Below are positions 1 through 7,256 of a DNA stretch of 7,549 bases, one piece after another; position 1 is the first letter of the stretch, and each line of letters opens with the position of its first letter. Under the pieces are notes generated by a model. That model was given only the letters and a program-made list of their open reading frames with translations. It had not been told where the DNA came from and ran no database searches. Origin of the DNA: Octopus sinensis (Eukaryota); assembly GCF_006345805.1 (NCBI RefSeq), contig NW_021828835.1, positions 1-7,549 on the forward strand. Direction: 5' to 3'. Made by a program: the position numbers and the translations under genes.

Positions 1-123
1 CCACTGCGTGGCACCTTGCGCAAGTGTCTTCTACTGTAGCCTCGGACCGACCAAAGCCTTGTGAGTGGATTTGGTTGACGGAAACTGAAAGAAGCCCGTC
101 GCATATATTTATACATATATATC

Positions 124-180
<57 letters not shown>

Positions 181-320
181 AGGGTTGTGTGTCTGTGTTC
201 GTTGCCCCAACATCGCTTGACAACCGATGCTGGTGTGTTTACGATAGAATAAGTACTGGGCTTACAAAGAATAAGTCCTGGGGTCGATTTGGTCGACTAA
301 CGCGGTGCTCTAGCATGGCC
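1..320 (+). mobile_element. tRNA-derived SINE, copy 1 (5' end outside window; 34-bp internal deletion; 3' tail replaced by inverted head array)
   Basis: Colinear with the full copy at 1252-1666 (ccactgcgtggca..., gccttgtgagtggatttgg, internal TA/GT microsatellite, gcttgacaaccgatgctggtgtgtttacg, gatagaataagtactgggcttacaaagaat, gcatggcc). Lacks the segment equivalent to 1507-1540 at 243/244. Confidence 0.92.
103..197. repeat. (TA)n/(GT)n microsatellite internal to SINE copy 1
   Basis: Directly visible; same position as the shorter TA/GT tract at ~1415-1460 in copy 2. Confidence 0.95.
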
Positions 321-709
321 ACGCAGTGGGACTGAACCCGGAACTATGTGGTTTGTAAGCAAGCTACTTACCACACAGCCACTCCTACGCCTACGGCCAT
401 AGTAGAAGACATTTGCCCGAGGTGCCACGCAGTGGAACTGAACCCGGGACCATGTGGCTGGTAAGCAAGCTACTTACCACACAGCCACTCCTACGCCTAC
501 GGCTATAGTAGAAGACATTTGCCCAAGGTGCCACGCAGTGGAACTGAACCCGGGACCATGTGGCTGGTAAGCAAGCTACTTACCACACAGCCACTCCTAC
601 GCCTACGGCTATAGTAGAAGACATTTGCCCGAGGTGCCACGCAGTGGGACTGAACCCGGAACCATGTGGTTGGTAAGCAAGCTTCTTACTACACAGCCAT
701 ATTTCTGCC
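318..709 (-). repeat. Tandem array (106-bp period, ~3.7 units) of the SINE 5' head in reverse orientation
   Basis: acgcagtgg recurs at 321, 427, 533 and 639. Units are 604-709, 498-603, 392-497 and a partial 318-391. The reverse complement of each unit matches 1252-~1355, including A-box-like TGGCTGTGT(G/A)G and B-box-like GGTTCAGT(C/T)CC. Confidence 0.95.
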
Positions 710-725
710 TATAAAATGTGGTCAG

Positions 726-803
726 TCAACGCTACAGAGATTAGAACGCTGTACTTCTCATATTCGTGTAGAGCGCTCTGTACCACTGAGCTAAACGAAC
801 CCC
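726..803 (-). mobile_element. Degenerate tRNA-like sequence (tRNA pseudogene or head of a second SINE/repeat family)
   Basis: Minus strand reads ggttcgttTAGCTCAGTGGTacagagcgctctacacgaatatgagaagtacagcGTTCTAATCtctg. A box at 782-793 and degenerate B box at 739-747 with tRNA-like spacing. Acceptor and T stems pair poorly, so it is not called a functional tRNA. Confidence 0.65.
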
Positions 804-1063
804 CTGAGACTAAGTTTCACTAATGCGGACGAGGATCATTTTGTGAATGACCTGAAATTGTCGGCTGGGTTCCTTGGTTAAAACGATAACGTGAAAGTAG
901 GATTATGTGTCAAAGATTCCAGACAGTAGAGGGATCAGATTATCTTAATCTCATTTCAATAAAGTACATTTTGATAGTTTTCTTTAAAAAAAGAGAATTA
1001 GCAAAATTTATGGTGTTAGGATTGTTAGCTCATTAAATATCGAATACCATTTAATTGGGCGGG

Positions 1064-1251
1064 TATACACACACACACACACACACATACACACACACAT
1101 ACACACACACACACGCATACATACATACATAATTAAATATACACACATACATATATACACATACATAAATATGTCATGTACATGTATTTTGTATATATGA
1201 ATGCAATCTGTATATATGTATGTATATATTTATATATACATACATACATAT
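1064..1251. repeat. Compound (CA)n/(CATA)n/(TA)n microsatellite
   Basis: Directly visible. Confidence 0.95.
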
Positions 1252-1666
1252 GGCGCAGGAGTGGCTGTGTGGTAAGTTGCTTGCTTACCAATCACGTGGT
1301 TCCGGGTTCAGTCCCACTGCGTGGCATCTTGGGCAAGTGTCTTCTGCTATAGCCCCGGGCCGAACAATGCCTTGTGAGTGGATTTGGTGGACGGAAACTG
1401 AAAGAAGCCTGTCGTATATATGTATATATATATATATATGTGTATGTGTGTGTGTCTGTGTTTGTCCCCCTAGCATTGCTTGACAACCGATGCTGGTGTG
1501 TTTACGTCCCCGTCACTTAGCGGTTCGGCAAAAGAGACCGATAGAATAAGTACTGGGCTTACAAAGAATATGTCCCGGGGTCGATTTGCTCGACTAAAGG
1601 CGGTGCTCCAGCATGGCCGCAGTCAAATGACTGAAACAAGTGAAAGAGTAAAAGAGTAAAGAGTAA
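1252..1666 (+). mobile_element. Full-length tRNA-derived SINE, copy 2 (CORE-SINE-like)
   Basis: A-box-like TGGCTGTGTGG 1262-1272 and B-box-like GGTTCAGTCCC 1305-1315. CTTGGGCAAGT resembles the CORE-SINE motif. Internal TA/GT tract, 3' hairpin CAGTCA-aa-TGACTG 1620-1633, and an (AAAGAGT[A])x3 tail 1643-1666. Several homologous copies occur in the window. Confidence 0.93.
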
Positions 1667-1880
1667 CTAAACACTTTCAAACTTCGTGGATCGTTGGCGA
1701 TTCTTTTCCCTTCCGTCTTTCTTTTCTCTTGGACATTCCTCCGTCTCTTGTTACTGACGAAGAGCTTTTTGCTCGAAATGTAAAACCACCATTCTTGCTT
1801 TCCCCGAGCGTCTGCTTATATTTTGTATGTACCACGTCCTCGCATTGTTGCTTTTTCTTCTTGTGTTAGTTCTTCCTTTT
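1667..1880 (+). mobile_element. Pyrimidine-rich repeat fragment, probably a Penelope-like pseudo-LTR or non-autonomous derivative (boundaries approximate)
   Basis: Carries a minimal hammerhead motif, a hallmark of Penelope-like element repeats. A similar pyrimidine tract followed by CTGnnGAAGAGC occurs on the minus strand at 7257-7332. No Penelope RT or GIY-YIG coding sequence was seen. Confidence 0.5.
1750..1786 (+). ncRNA. Minimal type I hammerhead ribozyme motif (slightly degenerate)
   Basis: CUGACGA 1754-1760, extra A 1761, stem II GAGC/GCUC around a U5 loop (1762-1774), GAAA 1775-1778, loopless stem III AUGU, cleavage triplet GUA 1780-1782. Stem I GUU(A)/(A)AAC has 3 pairs and an A.A mismatch next to the core. 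Confidence 0.65.
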
Positions 1881-2120
1881 TCTTGGGTGGGGGAGTTTTA
1901 CTATGTGTGTCTGAGTGTGTGTGGATACAAATACACCCAAATAAACTATGTAACTTCAGTTGTACACACGCAAACAGTCACAGACACACACACGCAGACA
2001 TGTTACATAATGTATTTTGTAAGGACTGTATCGGGTAACATCACGGCAACGCCTGGTTATTTTTTCAATTAAGTGAATATTTCCTTCAAGTGTATTCGGA
2101 TTACAATATGAATGGACGCA

Positions 2121-2280
2121 GTGATAATGATGATAATGACGATGATGATGGTTGTGGTGGTGGCCATGGTGATGATGATGATGGTGGTGATGGTGATACT
2201 GATGACGACGACGACAATGATGGTGGTGATTTTGGTGGTGCTGCTGGTACTGAGGATGATGACGACGACGACGACTATGA

Positions 2281-2314
<34 letters not shown>

Positions 2315-2651
2315 GCTGGTACTGATGATGATGACGATGACAATGATGATGATGATGGTGGTGGTGGTGGCGGTGGCGGCGGCGGCGGTGATGATGGTGG
2401 TGATGAAAATAGTGGTGGTGGTTGTTATGACGACGATGATATGATGACGATGGTGGTGGTGGTGGTGGTGGTGGTGGTTGCGATGATGATGATGATGATG
2501 ATGATGATGACGATGACGACAGTAATTTCTTTAGTTGTTTCAATGTTACTTGTAGATTACTCGAAGGTAATAACGGTGGTGGTGGTGGTTGTGGTGGTGA
2601 TGGTGGTGGTGGTGGTAATGGTGGCGGCGATGGTGGTGATGGTGGCGATGA
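2121..2651. repeat. Compound trinucleotide array (GAT/GGT/GAC/GGC)n
   Basis: Directly visible, with a phase shift near 2440 and a non-repetitive interruption at ~2521-2572. It accounts for the poly-D/G, poly-M/V and poly-H/P ORFs. Confidence 0.95.
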
Positions 2652-2664
2652 TAAAGACACCGAA

Positions 2665-2747
2665 GTGTGTGTATGTGTATGTGTGTGTGTGCGCGCCACA
2701 AAATAAGAGAGAGAGAGAAAGGAGAGAAAGAAACGCGCGCGTATTTG

Positions 2748-2797
<50 letters not shown>

Positions 2798-2816
2798 CAT
2801 ATATATATATACATAT
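2665..2816. repeat. (GT)n, (GA)n and (TA)n microsatellite cluster
   Basis: Directly visible; the TA tract at ~2752-2816 abuts the LINE 3' tail. Confidence 0.95.
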
Positions 2817-2900
2817 GTTAGTTAGTTAGTTAGTTAATTTGGCTCAAAAGCAAATAGCAAGGCCATGTAGGGGGACATGGAGTTAAGTACAGGGTGGTGT
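2817..2900 (-). other. LINE 3' UTR with stem-loop and (TAAC)5 tail
   Basis: CCATGT-N6-ACATGG inverted repeat at 2863-2880; (GTTA)5 at 2817-2836 on the plus strand. Confidence 0.8.
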
Positions 2901-4229
2901 TCATGTAAAGAGTTCAGGCCATTTGAGGTCCAGGGAGGCTTTGAACAAAGCGGTCGTCGGCATCTTCACCATCTCATCTGGCAGCTTGTTCCACGGATCC
3001 GCAACCCGGACGGAGAAAGCTCCTCTCCTTCGATTGAGATGAAATCGTCGCAGGTAGAGCTTTTCGGAATGACCCCGCAGCCGACGCTCCGGAGCAGGAG
3101 TGAAGAACAGCTCTTTCGAGAGGTTACACTTCCCGCTTATGATGTTGTGGGCGAGAATGAGATCACCACGGCGGCGGCGTTTTTCAAGAGAATAAAGGTC
3201 GAGCGTCCTCAGCCTTTCTTCGTAGGACAAATTTTTGAGACCATGAACCAGGCGGGTAGCCAGCCTCTGGACTCTTTCGAGGTGCTGTATGTCTTTGAGG
3301 AGATAAGGAGAAGAGGCTTGAATCCCATACTCCAATATGGGTCTCACCAGCGTGACATAGAGTGGCAGGAATATGGCTGCTGTGAGCACTCCGAATGACC
3401 GTCGAATCAAAAACAGAATTCCGCGCGCTTTGTTGGCAGCAAGATTAATTGCAGAGAAGACTCTACGTGGCAGCGAAGTAATCGTGGGCGTGGAAAAAGT
3501 TGTGTGCATGACGAACTTCAGGACCGCATGATCACTCTTGGCAAGAGGGGCGCACACAGATACGTCTGACACTGATCTTGGATAGCGGGAGAATACCAGA
3601 TCTAGCATAGATGGCTGCTGCCCAGACCGATGCCTTGTCGGATATTCAACATGTTGCGATAGAAAACAATCTTCAGCCACGTCAAGAAGGGCCTGGCCGA
3701 ACCGGGAAGATGTTGTACAAATTGATGCGGGCCAATCGATCATGGGAGCGTTGAAGTCGCCTAGTACCAAGCAGTCATGCGAAGCTGAAACGAATCTTAT
3801 CGCCTCGAGTAGATGAGCATCGTCCTGGGGGTCGGCTAGAGGCGGCCTGTAGACAGCCAACACGGGCAGGCAAAACTCAGATAGGCTCAGCTTGCAATAG
3901 ACGGCATCGAATTTGGTTGTAGGTTGAGCATTTGTGGGTAGAATACCGCAGGACGGTTTGTGCTCAGACTTAACATACACAGCAACACCCCCACCTCGCC
4001 TTTTTCCTCTGTCACATCTGAAAAGGACGTAGCCCTGCAGGTGGATCTCTGAGTCCTTTACTGCTGGAGTCAGCCAAGTCTCGGTGATAGCTATCACATC
4101 AGGGGAGTCGCGTAGGGCCAGTGTAAATAGTTCACTGAACTTTGGGAATAAGGAGCACGAGTTGGTGTAGACGATGCTGAGCTGTGAAGTCTGAGGGGCG
4201 GGAGTTGGGGAACAAGCAGAATAAGGGCA
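2901..4229 (-). CDS. ORF2 derivative: APE-type endonuclease fused in frame to the CR1 ORF2 C-terminal region, RT domain absent
   Basis: The frame is open 44 codons upstream of the tracked GTG (…QLSIVYTNSCSLFPKFSEL…SPDVIAITETWL), back to an in-frame TGA at 4230-4232. APE motifs YTN, ITETW, RGGGV, VYRPP, GDFN, LDLVF and SDH are all present. No QG or YADD RT motifs. Switch to C-terminal sequence at FSAIN/LAANKARG (~3441-3450). No in-frame AUG before the endonuclease, so translation is unproven. Confidence 0.85.
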   Translation of the reverse strand, partial: CPYSACSPTPAPQTSQLSIVYTNSCSLFPKFSELFTLALRDSPDVIAITETWLTPAVKDSEIHLQGYVLFRCDRGKRRGGGVAVYVKSEHKPSCGILPTNAQPTTKFDAVYCKLSLSEFCLPVLAVYRPPLADPQDDAHLLEAIRFVSASHDCLVLGDFNAPMIDWPASICTTSSRFGQALLDVAEDCFLSQHVEYPTRHRSGQQPSMLDLVFSRYPRSVSDVSVCAPLAKSDHAVLKFVMHTTFSTPTITSLPRRVFSAINLAANKARGILFLIRRSFGVLTAAIFLPLYVTLVRPILEYGIQASSPYLLKDIQHLERVQRLATRLVHGLKNLSYEERLRTLDLYSLEKRRRRGDLILAHNIISGKCNLSKELFFTPAPERRLRGHSEKLYLRRFHLNRRRGAFSVRVADPWNKLPDEMVKMPTTALFKASLDLKWPELFT

Positions 4230-4283
4230 TCAGAGATAGCATCGTTGACGGGGGTATCAACTTCACTTCGATTTGCCCTCACA

Positions 4284-5735
4284 TCACTTTCCTGTCAGCA
4301 CTACAGCATGGGACCAGAGGTAGGACTTGATTATCTGTCCATCTTGGATTCGTAAACCCTTCTCTCCCATTTGTTTCCTCATCTTTAGCTCGGATATCAG
4401 GTTCCTCCGGCGAATTCTCTCTCTTAGTGAGTATTCCTCGCGAAAACCCATATTGGGGTCCTCCCAGGCATGCGTCTGAGCTCTGTTCAGAAAGACTGAA
4501 GCCTCCGATCAGAAGAAAAGATTACCCTTATTGGGCGTGGTCTAGTATCTGCGGTTGGGTTCGCTTGGAATCTTCCTAGCCGAGCGACCTTAAGAACACT
4601 GACATTTTCGTTCACAGAGACAATTTTTTCCAACCAAAATGGAAACAAAATTAATGTCATCTTTTAGGCGGTTTATGCCTGTATCACAGGTGGATTTCGC
4701 TTTGCCATATATTATTGCCGATCTTGAGTGGGCAAAAAGTTCTCTACTATGAGCTGCGGTATTCGATCTTCGTTGGAGGATTTCGAAAGAGTGGTTTCAT
4801 AGCCATCGGACTTATGTCGGCCTGTGGGGTCGATCGGAATGGATTTAGTGGTCATAATTTTCCCGCCTGGTTTGGAACTGCACTGCCTCTTCTTCGGTTT
4901 GGGGGAGCACCACTCCCCAGATGAACCCACATCGAGATCGTTCAGAATTGGTTGAGCAATGGCATTAATGGGAAGGACAAGTGAAGGAGAATCCAAACAG
5001 ATTTTATCGTGATCAGTTTTCATAGCCAAATCTGCCCCTCTGGAGTTTTGACTACGTTTCTTCTTTTGGGGAGAACAACGGTCTTCAGGTGGGTTTGAGT
5101 CTACGCTCCTCGAACTAGGTTGGGGAACCTCCGGGACCGAAAAGGCAGATGAGGAAGAATCCGCACAGGAACGATCATGTGCAGGAACGACCGCCGGTTC
5201 CTTCGCCTTCTTTGGTCGCTTCGATTTTGTTCCCTTCGGTTTGGACGTCTCCAGGAAGAAATCAAGGGTGACTCTGCGTCAACAGGAGACCGTTTATCGT
5301 GGTCAGGTTTCATAGCTAAATCCGCCCCACTGGAGTTTTGACGACGTTTTTCTCATTGGGGAGAACAACGGTCTTCAGGTGGGTTTGAGTCTACGCTCCT
5401 CAAATTAGGTTGGGGAACCTCCGGGACCGAAAAGGCAGATGAGGAAGAATCCGCACGGGAACGATCATGTGCAGAAACGACCGCCGGTTCCTTCGCCTTC
5501 TTTGGCCGCCTCGATTTTGTTCCCTTCGGTTTGGACGTCTCCAGGGAAGAAATCAAGGGTGACTCTGCGTCAACAGGAGACTGTTTATTCAGTAAGAGAG
5601 CAACAACAGACTTTAGGTGCTCAACCTCTTGTTTGAGCAACAGCACTGTTCGTTGAGCTGACTGTTGGTAGGACCATCATCTTGATGAGAAGCCCTACTT
5701 GCAGATCTCAGTTTCGATGCGTAGGTAGCTGACAT
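4284..5735 (-). pseudogene. LINE ORF1 (coiled-coil, low-complexity linker, L1-type RRM/CTD-like region), disrupted
   Basis: Manual translation across frames: ATG 5735 MSATYASKLRS…, VLLLKQEVEHLKSVVALLLNK (coiled-coil-like), HSRSAIIYG…DDINFV, KVARLGRF…RPRPIRVIF, FREEYSLRERIRRRNLISELKMRKQMGEKGLRIQDGQII…GK* (TGA 4284-4286). Frameshifts near 5648, 5243, 4735, 4630 and 4508; stop at 5353-5355. Confidence 0.82.
5003..5588. repeat. Direct tandem duplication inside ORF1 (290 bp + 291 bp)
   Basis: 5003-5292 versus 5293-5583, about 18 substitutions and 1 indel by manual count (~93-94% identity). TTTAT occurs at 5003, 5293 and 5584. Confidence 0.95.
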
Positions 5736-6033
5736 GATGGATGGTTGACTAAAAACAATCCTCTATGGGCTCTAGGAGAAATCGGGGTTAAATCAGGAAC
5801 AAAAACAGGTGCAATCCTTGTAGGAGTAGGCACAGCAGACTAAAACTGAGAGAGTTTGGGCTGAGCCGAATCACAATCCAAGATTGAAAGCAGACGGTGC
5901 AACGAGTCGGGAACCCTTCCTAATTGTCTGAAGCAGCTTTAGGATAAGGGATAGTATGTCCAAACTTTAGAATATTGATATGCATGTAACATGTTCCACA
6001 CGATTAAATATCACTTGACGTGCCATTTAGTAC

Positions 6034-6209
6034 TTAATATATATAATATATATATATATATATTATATAATATATATATAATATATGATATATGATATAT
6101 ATATTATATACATATATGATATACATATATATATGTATATATATATAATTAATATAGATTATATAATATATATAATATATATATATATATACATATATAT
6201 ATACATATA

Positions 6210-6266
<57 letters not shown>

Positions 6267-6322
6267 TATACAATATATATATGTATATATATAATATATA
6301 TATGTATATATATTTATACATA
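6034..6322. repeat. Long degenerate (TA)n microsatellite
   Basis: Directly visible; source of the YI-repeat ORFs. Confidence 0.97.
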
Positions 6323-6345
6323 TTTTTTTCTTTTTTGATTTGTTT

Positions 6346-7256
6346 CAGTCATAAATTTCGACATTTTATATTTTTTATTTTGCGCATGCGCATTGTTTAC
6401 TTTTGAGTTTTGTCGACTAAACAGTATAGTAAGGTCAGTAGGGCAGCGTCTGTGGGGGGGAAAACAGCACCATGACGCAATTCGCTCTGCCATAAATTTG
6501 GTAACTCATGCTGTACAAACATTTCAGAGCGTTTGGCTGTCAAGCTGAGGACAGTGCGGAGGTTTGGGAAAGATTTAGGTGAGTCTAATGGTGATTACGA
6601 AGGTATGGCAGCTCGGAAAACACACTCTGATCGTTCTCTTAAGAAAAGAACACATGAATTTGTTGGTGAGATCTGGGCTATGACTGATAACAATCCCTCC
6701 GAGTCAATCAGGCTCATTGCCAGGGATATGGGAGTGTTCGAGTTTCTTATCAGGCTGGTTGTGCATGAAGACATTCGATATTCTGCATACAAGATGAGAA
6801 AGGGCCAGTTTTTATCCCAAGCCATCAACAAGAAGAAAGACCGCACTACGAGGCTTTTGAACAAACTTAAGCATCCCTTCCTACTGAACATGCTTTGGTT
6901 TTTCTCAGATGAGAACAATTTCTGCCAGGATCAGATGGTGAACACACAGAACAACCGTTTGCTTGCTGTGTCCCCAAAACATGTACAAAGAGTGATAAAA
7001 ATCAAACATCCAGTCAACATCATGGTGTTTGGAGTGATCACTAATAATGGCCACGTTATGCTTCCATTCATCTGGCCTCAGACTCAACACGGAGGCCTAC
7101 ATCAAGTGTCTGGAGGACTTAATGCTGCCCTGGGTCAAGAGGGTGGCTGCTGGAAGACTATATGTCTGGCAATGGGAGTCTGCACCCTGTCACGTAAGCA
7201 GGAGAATCTAGACATGACTGTCAGACAATTTCTACAACCATATCACCCCTAACATC
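6346..7256 (+). mobile_element. Tc1/mariner-superfamily DNA transposon remnant (3'-truncated; left boundary approximate)
   Basis: Transposase pseudogene plus ~125 bp of upstream sequence. The right end is missing, so terminal inverted repeats cannot be verified. Confidence 0.8.
6472..7256 (+). pseudogene. Transposase pseudogene, maT/DD37D-like
   Basis: ATG 6472 followed by early stops; HTH-like segments (NISERLAVKLRTVRR; SIRLIARDMGV); first catalytic motif WFFSDE (D at 6908-6910); IMVFGVI. After a frameshift at ~7073 it reads GLRLNTEAYIKCLE…YVWQWESAPCH (expected QQD; E at 7176-7178), with stops at 7209 and 7215. It ends at HITPNI just before the expected WPxxSPDxNPxD, so the D-D spacing cannot be counted and the subfamily is inferred. 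Confidence 0.88.

Larger units (their letters stand above)
2817..5950 (-). mobile_element. CR1/L2-group non-LTR retrotransposon, apparently 5'-complete but internally deleted (no RT); 5' boundary uncertain (~5900-6033)
   Basis: In minus-strand order: putative 5' UTR, ORF1 remnant, ORF2 (APE plus C-terminal region), short 3' UTR with stem-loop, and (TAAC)5 tail at 2817-2836. A short tandem-repeat tail instead of poly(A) and the LVRPILEY...LERVQR...RRRRGDLI...LRGH...FSVRVADPWNKLP motifs are typical of CR1-group ORF2. Confidence 0.92.

Noticed and set aside
318-709. Possible CRISPR array or tRNA gene cluster
   Set aside because: Units are contiguous near-identical repeats with no unique spacers, match the SINE head, and do not form a full cloverleaf.
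726-803. Functional tRNA gene
   Set aside because: Good A box but degenerate B box and poorly pairing acceptor and T stems; the anticodon cannot be assigned reliably.
1220-1486. Three short ORFs over SINE copy 2
   Set aside because: They span a microsatellite and non-coding SINE sequence.
1956-2821. ORFs encoding poly-His/Pro, poly-Asp/Gly and poly-Met/Val proteins
   Set aside because: Open frames on both strands are a by-product of tri- and dinucleotide repeats; no domain or gene structure supports them.
1600-2900. SINE mobilised by the adjacent LINE through a shared 3' end
   Set aside because: The tails differ (CAGTCA/TGACTG hairpin with AAAGAGT repeats versus CCATGT/ACATGG hairpin with TAAC repeats); no shared sequence was seen.
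2877-3398. 173-aa plus-strand ORF
   Set aside because: Antisense shadow of the LINE ORF2 C-terminal region with no recognisable motif.
5003-5583. LTR pair
   Set aside because: The copies are directly adjacent, lie inside ORF1 coding sequence, and lack TG…CA ends, a primer-binding site or a polypurine tract.
6533-7252. Intact 239-aa transposase
   Set aside because: The N-terminus is disrupted, the frame shifts at ~7073, the second catalytic Asp reads Glu, two stops follow, and the third catalytic motif is missing.
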